From: the human T2T-CHM13v2.0 reference genome, Homo sapiens | DNA: 64,000 nucleotides | Strand: one strand, 5' to 3' | Assembly: GCF_009914755.1 (NCBI RefSeq) | Contig: NC_060943.1 | Shown: positions 1 through 21,403 of the stretch, in pieces | How the letters are laid out: each line of letters starts with the position of its first letter | Numbering within the stretch: the first letter of the stretch is position 1 | Translations under genes and position numbers: made by a program | The notes under the pieces: model-generated | Told to the model about the DNA's origin: nothing | Seen by the model: only the letters and a program-made list of their open reading frames with translations | The model's database searches: none

Positions 1-491
1 CCGCTCTCCAGAGTCCGAGTTCAGAATCCACCTTCTCCCAGAGTAACCCTCAGCCCCTCCACCTGCACCTGGGGCTCCAGGCAGCACTCCCAGCCTTTCT
101 TGTCTGCAACCCACCCAAGGCCCAGCTCTGCACTGGCCGGCGGCGTGGCCTCTCTCTCTCAGCCTCAGAACTGACCATCCGGTCATGGAAGTTACCCGAG
201 CATCCACTGAGCTAACAGTACCTGTAAGGTACTTAGGCGTGGGCTCAGAAGACAGCTGGACTAGTATCTGGGTCCCGGTGCCCCACTCACCTAGCAAACC
301 TGACTCCGGACAAATCAACCTTCAGGAGGGGGCCGATGGGAGCATGAGGAATCCTGGACACTCACCCCGGAGCCTGTGCCTGGCGATCCTGCACTCGTTC
401 CCCACCGCCTCCCTCAGACCCAGCCTCCCTAGCCCTCCTGACGTCCACCACATCTTTCTCGGTCCCAGCTCCTTCCCATCTGCGCAAGTGA

Positions 492-992
<501 letters not shown>

Positions 993-1776
993 TAGTCAGG
1001 CTGGTCTTGAACTCCTGACCTCAGGTGATCCACCCACCTTGGCCTCCCAAAGTGCTGGGATTACAGGTGTGAGCCACTGTGCCCGGCCTGAGAGCCTTTT
1101 TCTCTGCTGCCGCCCCGTATGTAGATGAGCCCGATGTGGTCCCTCCACCCCACACCTCGCTTGAGCCCCAGGCCTGGGTATCACCTGCAGCCCCTGGCTG
1201 TTCCCTATCTGCACTTGGAGCTCCAGGTGGCAATCCTAGACTCCTCCCTCTTTTGTCTTGAACTTATAATCAGCTAGCAGCAAGGACTTTAGACTGCCTA
1301 CTGTGTGCTTAGTGGTGGGGATACAGCAGGCAACACAACACACAAGTGTCCCTGCCCTCGGAGGGAGACACAGAACAGACAGAAGACAGAGCACCACAGC
1401 GTGTCTGGCAGTGCTTAAGTATTAGGGAGACCAGCCTGGGGAGCACAGAAAGATCCCATGTCCAGAAAAAAATAAAATTATCTTTGCACGGTAGTGCACA
1501 CGGAGTATCCAGAGCTACTCGGGAGGATCGCTTGAACCCAGGAGTTTGAGGCTGCAGTGGGTGATAACCACCCCACTGCACTCCAGCCTAAGCAACAGAG
1601 CGAGAGCCCATCTCTACAAACAAATAAATAAATATGGGCCAGGCGCGGTGGCTCACGCCTGTAAACCCAGCACTTTGGGAGGCCGAGGCAGGTGGATCAC
1701 TTGAGGTCAGAAGTTCGAGATCAGCCTGGCCAACATGGTAAAACCCTGTCTCTACTAAAAATACAAAAATGAGTCA

Positions 1777-1923
<147 letters not shown>

Positions 1924-2071
1924 CTAGGAGGGAGGGAGAGAGTGAAGGATCCGGGAGGTAAGAGAAAGGCCAGGCACCATAAAGAGTCCACTGGAGTACC
2001 AATCGGGAGACCGGTCAGCAGGGACTGCAGGAATGCGCCACCACACCCAGCTAATTAAAAAATAAAAATAA

Positions 2072-2251
<180 letters not shown>

Positions 2252-2539
2252 TAGGCACCAAGGAAGGGAAAGAGGTGAGTTTATCCAGAGTAAGCAAGAG
2301 AGAAGGGCAGCAGGTTGCTAGCGTTTGCAAAGCTGATCTTGGGGAAAGCAAGGTATGTGAGGCAGTGGGAGGAAGGTGGACGGACCAATGAACTGCAGGT
2401 TCAGCTGGGGCGGAAGGACTACCCGGAGTGTGGACACTGGAGTGATTATACCATCTCCCAACTTTCTCTCAAATCCAGGCTGCTTAGAGGTCTCTGTCTC
2501 AAGCTTGTCGCCCACTCAGTAGACAGTGTGACCTTTTGA

Positions 2540-3067
<528 letters not shown>

Positions 3068-3738
3068 TGAGTAGCTGGGACTACAGGTGTGCACCACCAC
3101 GCCCCTGGCTAATTTTTGTATTTTTAGTAGAGACAGGGTTTCACCACATTGGCCAGGATGGTCTCAATCCCCTGACCTCGTGATCTGCCCGCCTCGGCCT
3201 CCCAAAGTGCTGGGATTATGGGTGTGAGACACCATGCCCGGCCTCAATTTTTATATTTTTAGTAGAGATGGTGTTTCACCATGTTGGCCAGGCTGGTCTC
3301 AAACTCCTGACCCCAGGTGATCTGCCCGCCTTAGCCTCCCAAAGTGCTGGGATTACAGGCATGAGCCACCACGACCGGCCACCCTTCACGTCTTTGTTTC
3401 CAGCCACTGCCTCTTGGAAGCCTGCCTTGACACCCCCAGCTCTGCCTGATTCCACAATCTTTCCCACTGTGCTGAGTTCTCTGGAGACAGTGCCTGCATC
3501 CCTCCAGTTCCCTGCTGTATCCGCGGTGCCTAATGTGGGACGTGGCCCAGAGCTGGTGCTCGGTATGCCTGTGATATTACTACATTAAAAGCAAAAACAA
3601 ACACACGAACCAAAAAACCATCCTGGGCGTAGTGGCTCACATCTTCAATCCCAGCACTTTGGGAGGCTGGGCAGAAGGATCGTTTGAGCCCAGGAGTTTG
3701 AGACCAGCCTGGGCAACACAGCAAGACCCCCAACTCTA

Positions 3739-4221
<483 letters not shown>

Positions 4222-4539
4222 TCACAGCTACTCGCGAGGCTGAGGCAGGAGAATCGCTTGAACCCGGGAGGTGGAGGCTGCCAGTGAATCGAGACCAAGC
4301 CACTGCACTCCAGCCTGAAAGAAAAAGCGAGACTCCGTCTCAAAAGAAAAAAAAAAAGACTCGACCCAGCTCTGCGCGTCGCATTCCTGCCCGAACCCCC
4401 ACTTGTCGCCTCACTTTTGCTCCCTGGCTTTTGCTCAAGCCGTGCCCTTGGGCTGGAACGCCTCCACACTGAGGTGGGGTCATGCACGTCCTGTGGACTC
4501 CTAGTCTAGACCCAAACCCAGATACAACACCTGAGGTTA

Positions 4540-5080
<541 letters not shown>

Positions 5081-5211
5081 CACATATTAAAATTATTTTT
5101 CATATCATTTTCCAAAAAGTTTTTTCTTTGAAAACATTCAAATTTCTCTTAAAAAAGGCACGATATCTATTATATCGTTAATGTATGTAATTTTGCATAA
5201 AGTCACTTTAA

Positions 5212-5526
<315 letters not shown>

Positions 5527-5582
5527 TAAATAAAAGTTATTCATAAATACAGTTATTATTATATTATTATTTTTTGAGATAG

Positions 5583-5735
<153 letters not shown>

Positions 5736-5932
5736 TAAAGCTGAAATTTCAAATAAATTATATATATATATGCAATCTTTATACAATTTTAAAATATATT
5801 AATATCTAATATTAATATCTAATATATATTTTTCCCCAGTCTGACAAAGCATGTATTAGGCATCTACTGTATGGTATGCTGGGTCCAGTGGTCAGACAGA
5901 AAGGCAGACGTGGTTCCTGTCTTTCAAGCTTA

Positions 5933-6300
<368 letters not shown>

Positions 6301-6418
6301 CTAGTGACCAGCTTTGGGAGAATTACTCAACTAGATCTTTATGTGTTGACATGGGGAAGTGGCTGCTGATATATTAAGTGAAAAAAGCAAGCTATTGAGA
6401 ATAGACAACTGGCAATAG

Positions 6419-6841
<423 letters not shown>

Positions 6842-7018
6842 TGATCCGCCCGCCTTGGCCTCCCAAATAATTTTTTTGTATTTTTAGTAGAGACGGAGTT
6901 TCATCATGTTGGCTAGGCTGGTCTTGAACTCCTGACCTCAGGTGATCCACCCGCTTCGGCCTCCCAAAGTGCAGGGATTACAGGCTTGAACCACTGCGTC
7001 CAGCTGAGACCTTCTTTC

Positions 7019-7183
7019 CAGGGCTACCTGTGTGACCTGTCCCTATCTCCAGGCCACCACATTAATCTGTGATTCTTGTGCCCTTCTAGACTCAAGGGGG
7101 CAGCATTCACATTGTGATCTCTATGAATGGTGCTTCTGGAGTTGTGCCGTGCACAGCCTGCACAGCTGCATCCAGTAACCCTG
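7019..7183. mobile_element. MER91-like hAT DNA transposon remnant
   Basis: CAGGG...CCCTG termini and internal tctatgaatggtgc...ggagttgtgccgtgcacagcctgcaca. A second related copy lies at ~33945-34045. Family from recalled consensus. Confidence 0.55.
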
Positions 7184-7383
7184 ACGTGTTCTGGGCGTGT
7201 CTCCTTAATCTTCCTTTCTCTGTGCTTCAGCTGCTCACCCAGAGGTCAGAGCTCAAAGGGAGTCCAGAGAGGCAAATTACAGTACTAGCTCACTTTCCCT
7301 GTGTGACCCCCAGAAGTGACTTCATTTCTCGCAGACTGAGTTTACTCATCTGTAAGATGAGGTTTGTAATACCTATCTCATAA

Positions 7384-7770
<387 letters not shown>

Positions 7771-7964
7771 TAAACTGCGATCCATTTGCCTTATTTATTT
7801 TGTTTATTATTGGTCTCTTCTCTCAACTCAGCTCTGTGAAGCAGGGAATTTTGTCTGTCTTGTTCACTGCCATATTACTGCACCTAGAACAGAACTGGCG
7901 TGCAGTAGATGCTTAGAAAATATTTGTTGAATAGACTGGGTGCGGTGGCTAACGACTGTAATTA

Positions 7965-8312
<348 letters not shown>

Positions 8313-8593
8313 TCAAAAGTGCTTAGTGCCTGGCATCCAGTAGGTGCTCAATACATGCTCACTATTGTTTCTTTCATCCAGGTCACAGTCTGGCGCTAGA
8401 AAGCCAAACAAAGGAGGCTACTGTGACCAGTCATTTCACCAGAGGCTGAAGGGATTCAAGCCAGGGATGACTGGGGTTGGGCGTGGAGGCATGTGGCCCA
8501 TTCCATTCTAAACTTCCAGGACTCAAATGGTTCAGCCTGGCCTAGCCTTACCGAGCACTGGGGACCTGGGGGGAATGATACTGAAAGGGCCAT

Positions 8594-10125
<1,532 letters not shown>

Positions 10126-10287
10126 ATATTTGGGTGAGGGTGATTTTAGGCAGCATGTGGGGGCCTCCATCACCCATCATCTGTATCCTTCCTGTTTTTT
10201 TCTTTATCAACCACCCACCAAGGAGACCTTCCTGTGTCCCTTGCCCACCGCTCCCAGGGGACCTGTTTTTTTTTTTTTTTTCTTTGA

Positions 10288-10395
<108 letters not shown>

Positions 10396-11689
10396 TAGCT
10401 GGGATTACAGGCGCCCGCCACCACTCCTGGCTAATTTTTGTATTTTTAGTAGAGATGGGATTTCACCATGTTGGCCAGGCTGATCTCGAACTCCTGACCT
10501 CAGGTGATCTTCCCGCCTCGGCCTCCCAAAGTGGTGGGATTACAGGCATGAGCCACCGCACCTGGCCAGGACCCGGTTTATTGGCCACAGTTCCCCGCCT
10601 CTCCCCTTTCTTCCTTCCCTTGCTCTCCTGTCCTGCCCCATCTGGTCTGCTCCAGAAGGGGCTGCATTCGCACTCTGTGAGCAGAGCAGCCTCAGAGGGC
10701 CCACGTGGGACCTGAGGTGGGGAAGGAAATTCTGAGTGGTGTCTGCACCTTGCCACAGTCTGCTGGTTGGGAGACCAGATGCTCTGGGGGATTCAGTTTC
10801 AGGGAAGGAGGAAAAACAAGGTCAGTGAGGCCTCAGCAGAAGACTCCCAGGGCAAGCCCCGCTTCTGCTTATGGGGCAGACAGAACACTTGTCTTTAATC
10901 CAGGCAGGAGTGCTACTGACACCCAGCGTTTGATGCTGTGTGCATTGAGAGTGGCTGGCTGGTATTGGAGGGATGAGAGAGCCTGGAGGGGCGGGGCTTT
11001 AGGGGTGGCCTTAGACAGGGCTTGGCAGGCAGGAGGTCACTCACTCATTCAACAAACATTCATTGAGCACCTACCGTGTGGCAGGCAGTGAACAAGACAG
11101 ACACAAATCCCTGCCCTCATGGAGTTGAGCTGCTAATAGGTGGAAGACAGGCAGAGAACAAGATTAGGAAGTGAGGTATGTGCAATGTGAGATATGATAA
11201 GACTGTGACAATGGTTAAGGGGAAAAATGGCAGACAGAGTGGATGAGAAGGGATGGTCTGGAATTTTATTTTTATTTTATTTTTTTGAGACAGGGTCTCA
11301 CTTTGTTGCCCACGCCAGAGTGCAGTGGCACAATCACAGCTCATTGCAGCCTTGAATTCCTGGGCTCAAGGGATCCTCCTACCTCAGCCTCCTGAGTAGC
11401 TAGGACTATAGGTGTGTACCAACATGCCTGGTTAATTTTTTCATTAATATCACAGTGCGTAAACCCTGTGATATGATAAATATCAGAGGGATATTTCATT
11501 AATTTTGTAGAGGCAGGGTCTCCCTACCTTACCCAGGCTGGTTGTTCATCATATTGGTCAGGCTGTTCTTGAACTCCCGACCTCAGGTAATCCACCTGCC
11601 TCAGCCTCCCAAAGTGCTGGGATTCCAGGCGTGTGTCACCATGCCCAGCCTGATCCTCCTCTTTATTGCAATCCCCCATGTACATGTGA

Positions 11690-12256
<567 letters not shown>

Positions 12257-12754
12257 TAACTTCTAATGTAGTTGAGTTATTTATTTTATTCACTCTCTTT
12301 CTCCCTGTTGCTGCTCCCATGGGTAAAATTTTTTGTTGTTGTTCACCAGTGTATTTCGGTTCTTATGTGTTAGAGCCTAACACAGAGTAGGTGGTCAGTA
12401 CTTATCTGTTGAATCAATGAATGAACAAATGAATCCCTGTTTGACATATCAGGAGACTAATGCTCAGAGATGTTGTTCTGCACCCCCAAGGTGACACAGC
12501 AAGAATGGGCCTGAGCTGGAAGCAGCCTGGGCTCATAGCCTTGTTATTTCAGTGAATGGGGCTGGATTCCAACATCTGTTCCTGAATACCTACTGTGTGC
12601 CAGGTCCCGAGGGATGGTATTGGCCAGGTAGCTATCACCCCTATACCATGAGACCACCCAGCCTTTATTGTAAGAAGGTCCCCTTACCTCTAAGAGTGCT
12701 TTTTTTTTTTTTTTTTTTTTTGAGACAGAGTTTTGCTCTGTTGCCCAGGCTTGA

Positions 12755-13035
<281 letters not shown>

Positions 13036-13038
13036 TAA

Positions 13039-13194
<156 letters not shown>

Positions 13195-13197
13195 TAG

Positions 13198-13323
<126 letters not shown>

Positions 13324-14088
13324 TGATGGGCAGATATACCGTCAGTCTTTTTGACCTATTGACCTGTCCCTCCCCCTGTTACTATTCCCCTTCTCCTATC
13401 CTCCTATGTCTGTTTGCAGCTGCTCCCCACCCCCATCCATCTGGAGCCTGATTAGCTTGTGTGTGCTTAGCAGATGTTGGCTGAACAGACGGGCTCTTTC
13501 TTCCTTCTCAGACAGGTCTCCATTTTCCCATCTCTAGAATGGGTACAGTCACATTTGCCCTCCTACAGGTTGGAATGGGTACAGTCACGTTTGCCCTCCT
13601 ACAGGCTGGGAAGGCTCTATGACATCAGGCCATGTAAGAGGGGAAAGCCCAGCCCCTAGAGTCAGCTTTGAATGGAAAGGGAGGTTAATCTGCTGCTGCC
13701 CTCCTACCTCAATTAAGACCGGGGCTACCCCATTGCCCACGTGCGGTGCGGGGGAAGGTTTTTCCATTTGTTAGAGGCTCTCACTTGCTTATACTGAGCC
13801 TGTCAGGTAAGAAATACATTCTATTTTGTTTGAGACACTCTTGTTCTGAGTCTCAGTTATGGAAACCCAACCTAATGTTCCCCATGGGCCTGATGAATGT
13901 TCCTTGTTGTTGAAGCCAATCTGAGTTGCATTTCCTCTTACTTTTAGTAAAAACCTCTACAAAGGGAAATTGGGGTCTTGCCCCTTGGGGTACATATTAG
14001 TTTCCTATAGTGACTCTAACAAATTACTCATAAATTGAGTGACTCGGAACCACAGAAATAATAATTATTATTATTGTTACTATTTTGA

Positions 14089-14249
<161 letters not shown>

Positions 14250-14316
14250 TAACTTTAGTAGAGATGGGATTTCATCATGTTGGCCAGGCTGGTCTCGAAT
14301 GCCTGACCTCAAGTGA

Positions 14317-14745
<429 letters not shown>

Positions 14746-14893
14746 TGAAACCCAGGTGTTCATGGGCTGGGCCATGCTTCTTTAAGAGGCTGCAGCGTGA
14801 GAATCCATTTTCTTGCTGTTTCCAGCCTCTGCAGTTGCATTCTTTAGCATATGGCTCCTTCTTGCATCTTCAAAGCCAGCATAACTTTAGTGA

Positions 14894-15238
<345 letters not shown>

Positions 15239-15357
15239 TGAGCCACGATGCCTGGCCTGTAAAGCCATTTAAGGCCCACCTAGGTAATCCAGGATAAACC
15301 ATCCATCTCAAGACCCTTAATTAATTAATTAATATTTAATGTTTTTTAAAAAATTAA

Positions 15358-15477
<120 letters not shown>

Positions 15478-15649
15478 TGAGTAGCTGGGATTACAGGCGC
15501 CTGCCACTGCGCCTGGCTAATTTTTGTATTTTTAGTAGAGACTGGGTTTCACCATGTTGGCCAACCTGGTCTCGAACTCCTGGCCTTAAGTGATCCATCC
15601 ACCTCAGCCTCTAAAAGTGCTGGGATTCCAGGCGAGAGCCACCACACCA

Positions 15650-15906
15650 GGCCAGTTGTCATTATTCCTTCTGTGCGTGAATCCAAACTGGGGAGAAAGG
15701 CTCTGTGTGTATGTGTGTGTGTGTGTGTGTGTGTGTTTGTGTGAGCACGTGTGAGGTCTGAGGGCTTCCTGTCAAAATGAATTTGCATGTATTTGACTTT
15801 GAAAGGAAAAGGGAACTGAGAGAGCCCCCAGACGCCTGAGTCGGAGAGACAGGGGGCAGAGGTTGCCAAGCCCTGGCTGCCACTTGTCAGGTTCCCTGTG
15901 CTAGAC
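15650..15906 (+). promoter_or_regulatory. CLEC17A: CLEC17A proximal promoter/5'UTR (cassette 1)
   Basis: Directly upstream of ATG 15907. Contains a (TG)n tract at ~15704-15742, E-box CACGTG at ~15746, perfect octamer ATTTGCAT at 15781-15788, and a CTTTGAAAGGAAAAGGGAACT purine block. Confidence 0.7.
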
Positions 15907-15949
15907 ATGCATAATCTGTATTCCATCACTGGGTACCCGGACCCACCAG
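15907..15949 (+). CDS. CLEC17A: CLEC17A (prolectin) coding exon 1, [14 protein letters not shown]
   Basis: ATG plus 43 nt, donor CAG|GTAAGG. Matches the known prolectin N-terminus. Confidence 0.93.
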
Positions 15950-16102
15950 GTAAGGCCCCGGCCAGGCTGGGGCTGGGGCCTAGGTGTGGTCAGGACCCAG
16001 GGTACAGAATCCCCACCATGGGGCAGCTGAGGCAGAGACCAGGGCTTGAGGGATGGAGGGAGGAGGGAATGGCTGGGCTCTGACTTGCCTTTCCCCTGGA
16101 AG

Positions 16103-16180
16103 GGACCATGGAGGAGGAGGAGGAGGATGATGACTATGAGAACTCAACACCTCCCTACAAGGACCTTCCTCCCAAGCCAG
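16103..16180 (+). CDS. CLEC17A: CLEC17A exon 2, repeat 1 (GTMEEEEEDDDYENSTPPYKDLPPKP)
   Basis: AG acceptor at 16101-2, donor CAG|GTAAGA, 78 nt, phase 1-1. Confidence 0.93.
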
Positions 16181-16841
16181 GTAAGAGGACTTTTTGGAGT
16201 GTGACCTGGGGGAATACAGGGAATGGGGTCTCCAGTGGGCATTGGTTGGGCATTGTAGACACATAGTCAGTCTCCTCTGTATCCAGCCCATGCCGGGCAC
16301 TGTGGAACCCACACCCTGCCCAGGACGACCTGTCAGTCTGATGGCGGAGGTGGGTTTGGGCACAGTCTTGGTGAGCAGGGTGAGAGAGGAGGGGTCAGGA
16401 GATTGGCAAAATCCTTGGGGGACTGAGGGCTCAAATAGAGGAAGGGACTTTGGGGTGGGGCTTGAGGGATGAGTAGACATATCTTAAGAAGAGAAGTCCA
16501 GGAGAGAACAGTTAGGTGCAAAGTCTCTGAGTTACAAAAGCTGGTGCTTGAGAAACTGGGAGTGGACTGTGGGCTCCCAGTCTCCTCACCTTTCTACCCA
16601 AAGCCCAGGTTTTATTTAGACTTGGATCTCAAACCCAAGGCATAGCACAGGGTTCAACAAGAGACTGATAAGTGGTTGTTAAAGTGGAGGTTTGGGCCAG
16701 CTGCAGTGGTGTGCGTCTGTAGTCTTGATACTTTGGGAGGTCAAGGTGGGAGGATCGCTTGAGGACAGGAATTTGAGACCAGCCAGGGCAACATAGCAAG
16801 ACCCTATCTCTGCCAAAAAAAAAAAAAAAATAGAGGTTTGG

Positions 16842-17142
16842 GCCGTGTGTGGTGGCACATGTCTGTAGTCCCAGCTACTTGGGAGGCTGAGTCAGTAGGA
16901 TCACTTGAGCCCAGGAGTTCTGGGCGATTGTGAACTAGGCGATCGGGCGTCTGCACTAAGTTTGGCATCAATATGGTGATGTTTTGGGAGCAGGGGACCA
17001 CCAGGTTGCCTAAGGTGTCTGAGGAGGGGTTTCCAGGTTGGAAACGGAGCAGTTCGACACCCCCAAGCTGATCAGTAGTGCGACTGCTCCTGTGAGTAGC
17101 CGCTGCACTCCAGCTTGGGCAGCATAGCGCGACTCCACTTCT
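16842..17142 (+). pseudogene. Full-length 7SL (SRP RNA) retro-pseudogene, copy 1
   Basis: Alu domain plus S-domain sequence (gcactaagtttggcatcaatatggtga...ggaccaccaggttgcctaagg...ccaggttggaaacggagcag) followed by an A tail. Many substitutions relative to RN7SL1. Confidence 0.92.
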
Positions 17143-18154
17143 AAAAAAATAGAGAAAATGAAACCGGAGGTTTTTGAGGTATTCCTGAGTTTACTGCCAC
17201 CAGGGACCCTGAGGCCATGAGAGATCCCGGAGGCCCAAAACAGAAAATCCCTGAGATACGCTGATGGCCTGGTCCTGGTGACCTTAGACAGGAGCCATTC
17301 TGTGAGGGCTGAGGCTGTATATCCCCCATCTCTGAGTCCAAAGTGGGGCCACCTGGGAGGTCCAGAAATATGGTGGGACTTGCCTGAGGTAGGAGGTGAC
17401 CTGTGCTGTGTTGTTTCACTGCCCCATTTCCAATTTATGGTCCTAATGTGACCCTCAAGCCCTGGGTCTACATATATGACCAACCAATCCCATTCCCTTC
17501 TTCAGGGCCACGTCTGCTCCAAAAGCACAGTCCTGTCCCCACATCCACATGCAGCCCAGCATCCACTCTCCAATCCAACTTCATCACCCTCTCTACTATA
17601 GCCCAGCCTCGACTCCTTCCCCATTCCCAAACCTGGCAAGGACTCTGTTCTTCATCCTAACCACATCATGACCTTACCCACATCCATCCCTGTCCCCAAC
17701 CCATTTTCCATCCCATCCCACCCCATCCCAACACCAATTCTAATCCAAACCCCACCTCATCTTCATCCCCATCCTGAAACGCAACTGTTTTTGTTTTTTA
17801 AAATCCCCTCCATCCCCTTCCATCCCTTCTCCTTTCAATCAAACCCTCAAAGAGACACACAGAGAAGAGAACTGTGAATTGTCTGCTCATTAGTTTTTAT
17901 GAGAGGAAACCAGAGAATTTAAAAAAAATATTTTTGAGACAGGGTCTTGCTTGTCACCCAGGCTGCCCTGAAGTGGTGCAATCATAGCTCACTGCAGCCT
18001 TGAGCTCCTGGGTCCAAGCAATCCTCCTACTACACCCTCCCGAGTAGCTGGGGTTACAGGCATGAGTCACTGTCTGTAAAGCCTCATGTGAAGCTCAGGG
18101 TCTACATATATGACTCATATGACTCTCAGGGCCTGTAAGTTCTGCAGAGATGAC

Positions 18155-18655
18155 TGTGGTAGTCAGCCTTCAAGATGGGTTCCCTGTGACCCTTACGTTC
18201 TCATATTCGTGCCCTTGTGTAGTCTCTTCCCACAATGACTCAGAGCTGGTCCATGTGATAAATAGAATACTGTATAGTGGAGACCATCCTTTGTGACTTG
18301 TGAGGCTAGATCATAGGAGCATGGTGGCTTCTATCTTTGCCTCTGCCATGTTGTGAAGATGCCCAGTCATCCCTTTGGAGAGGCTCACATGGCAAGGAAC
18401 TGAGGCCTCCCACCAACAGCCATGTGAGTGCATCATCTTGGAAGCAGATCCTCTAGCCCCAGTCAAGCCTGCAGATGACTTGCAGTCCCAGGCAACATCT
18501 TGACTACAATCACGCAAGAGATCTCAAGCTAGAACTACCCAGCTAAGCTGCTCTCAGATTCCTGAACCACAGAAACTGTGAGATAATAAATGCTTATGGT
18601 TGTTTTAAGTCACTGCGTTTTGGGGTAATTGGTTGTGCAGCCATAGATAACTGAC
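18155..18655 (+). mobile_element. MLT1F-like MaLR solo LTR, copy 1 (sense; AATAAA at 18585-18590)
   Basis: Typical MLT1 3' end ccacagaaactgtgagataataaatg...ttttaag...ttttggggtaatt...gcagccatagataactga. Confidence 0.8.
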
Positions 18656-18891
18656 CCAGTGCCCTGGTACTTCACCATGGAATGTGGGGGAATACTTAAC
18701 ACCTATCCCCTTAACATCTTGTTACAAATGTTACCACTTCCAGGAGGTACTTCCTGATGACCTCTCTACATTAGCTTTTATCCTATCCCATTGCTCTGTT
18801 TTATTAGGTTTAGAGCAGTAATACTTAGTCTATATAAAAACATATTTTAATGTTTCTTAATTTCTTTACTTTTTTTTTTTTTTTTTCTTGA

Positions 18892-19035
<144 letters not shown>

Positions 19036-19345
19036 TAATTTTGTATTTTTAGAAAAGATGGGGTTTCTCCATGTTGGTCAGGCTGGTCTCGAACTCCCGA
19101 CCTCAGGTGATCTGCCTGCCTTGGCCTCCCAAAGTGCTGAGATTACAGGCACGAGCCACCACGCCCAGCCTCTTTTCTACTTTTTTAAGAGTGGGGTCTC
19201 CCTCTGTTGCCCAGGCTGGAGTGTAGTAGTGCAATCATGGCTCACTGCTGTGTCAACCTCCTGAGCTCAAGCAATCCTCCCACCTCAGCCTCCTGATAGC
19301 TGGGACTACTGGTGTGCACCACCATGCCTGGATGGTTTTTTCTAA

Positions 19346-19513
<168 letters not shown>

Positions 19514-19516
19514 TAG

Positions 19517-19852
<336 letters not shown>

Positions 19853-19980
19853 TGATCTCGAACTCCCAAACTCAGGCGACCTGCCAGCCTCAGCCTCCCA
19901 AAGTGCTGGGATTACAGACGTGAGCCACCACCCCCGGCCCATTGTTTCTTCTATGTGTGAGTCCAAACTCCAGAGAAAGA

Positions 19981-20012
<32 letters not shown>

Positions 20013-20164
20013 TGTTTGTGTGAGGTCTGGGGGCTTCCCCCCAAGATGGATTTGCCTGTACTTGACTTTGAAAGGAAAGGGAAACAGACAGATGCCTTAG
20101 ACATCTGAGTAGGAGAGACAAGACCTGGCTACCCCTTGTCATGTTCCTGGTGTTAGCGGTAGCC

Positions 20165-20207
20165 ATGCACAACCTGTATTCTATCTCTGGGTGTCCAGAC
20201 CCACCAG
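20165..20207 (+). other. CLEC17A: Intact duplicate of CLEC17A exon 1 (copy 2; MHNLYSISGCPDPP), candidate alternative first exon
   Basis: gccATG, 43 nt, donor CAG|GTAAGG, followed by a 153-nt intron copy and exon 3. Usage is not demonstrable from sequence. Confidence 0.75.
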
Positions 20208-20360
20208 GTAAGGCCCTGGCCAGGCTGGGGCTGGGGCCCAGGTGTGGTCAAGATCCAGGGTACAGAATCCCCATCATGGGGCAGCTGAGGCAGAGACCAG
20301 GGCTTGAGGGATGGAGGGAGGAGGGAATGGCTGGGCTCTGACTTGCCTTTCCCCTGGAAG

Positions 20361-20438
20361 GGACCATGGAGGAGGAGGAGGAGGATGATGACTATGAGAA
20401 CTCAACACCTCCCTACAAGGACCTTCCTCCCAAGCCAG
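20361..20438 (+). CDS. CLEC17A: CLEC17A exon 3, repeat 2
   Basis: Identical to exon 2, with the same splice sites. Confidence 0.92.
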
Positions 20439-21102
20439 GTAAGAGGACTTTTTGGAGTGTGACCTGGGGGAATACAGGGAACGGGGTCTCCAGTGGGCAT
20501 TGGTTGGGCATTGTAGACACACAGTCAGTCTCCTCTCTACACAGCCCATGCCGGGCACTGTGGAACCCACACCCTGCCCAGGAGGACCTGTCAGTCTGAT
20601 GGCAGAGGCAGGATTGGGCACAGTCTTGGTGAGCAGGGTGAGAGAGGAGGGGTCAGGAGATTGGCAAAATCCTTGGGGGACTGAGGGCTCAAATAGAGGA
20701 AGGGACTTTGGGGTGAGACTTGAGGGATGAGTAGACATTTCTTAAGAAGAGAAGTCCAGGAGAGAACTGTTAGGTGCAAAGTCCCTGAGTTACAAAAGCT
20801 GGTGCTTGAGAAACTGGGAGTGGACTGTGGGCTCCCAATCTCCTCACCTTTCTACCCAAAGCCCAGGTTTTATTTAGACTTGGATCACAAACCCAAGGCA
20901 TGGTACAGGGTCCAACAGGAGACTGATAAGTGGTTGTTAAAGTGGAGGTTTGGGCCAGCTGCAGTGGTGTGCATCTGTAGTCTTGATACTTTGGGAGGCC
21001 GAGGTGGGAGGATCGCTTGAGGACAGGAGTTTGAGACCAGCCGGGGCAACATAGCAAGACCCCATCTCTGCCAAAAAAAAAAAAAAAACAAGTAGAGGTT
21101 TG

Positions 21103-21403
21103 GACCGTTTGTGGTGGCACATGTCTGTAGTCCCAGCTACTTGGGAGGCTGAGTCAGGAGGATCGCTTGAGCCCAGGAGTTCTGGGCTATTGTGAAGTAT
21201 GTGATTGGGCATCTGCACTAAGTTTGGCATCAATATGGTGATGTTTTGGGAGCAGGGACCACCAGGTTGCCTAAGGTGTCTGAGGAGGGGTTTCCAGGTT
21301 GGAAACAGAGCCACTCGACACCCCCGAGCTGATCAGTAGTGCGACTGCTCCTGTGAGTAGCCGCTGCACTCCAGCTTGGGCAGCATAGCGCGACCCCACT
21401 TCT
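21103..21403 (+). pseudogene. 7SL (SRP RNA) retro-pseudogene, copy 2
   Basis: Paralogue of 16842-17142 within the duplication. Confidence 0.92.

Noticed and set aside
16842-17142. Functional SRP RNA gene
   Set aside because: Many substitutions, loss of CpGs, a disrupted segment after gcctaagg, an A-tail and no RN7SL upstream context indicate a retro-pseudogene.
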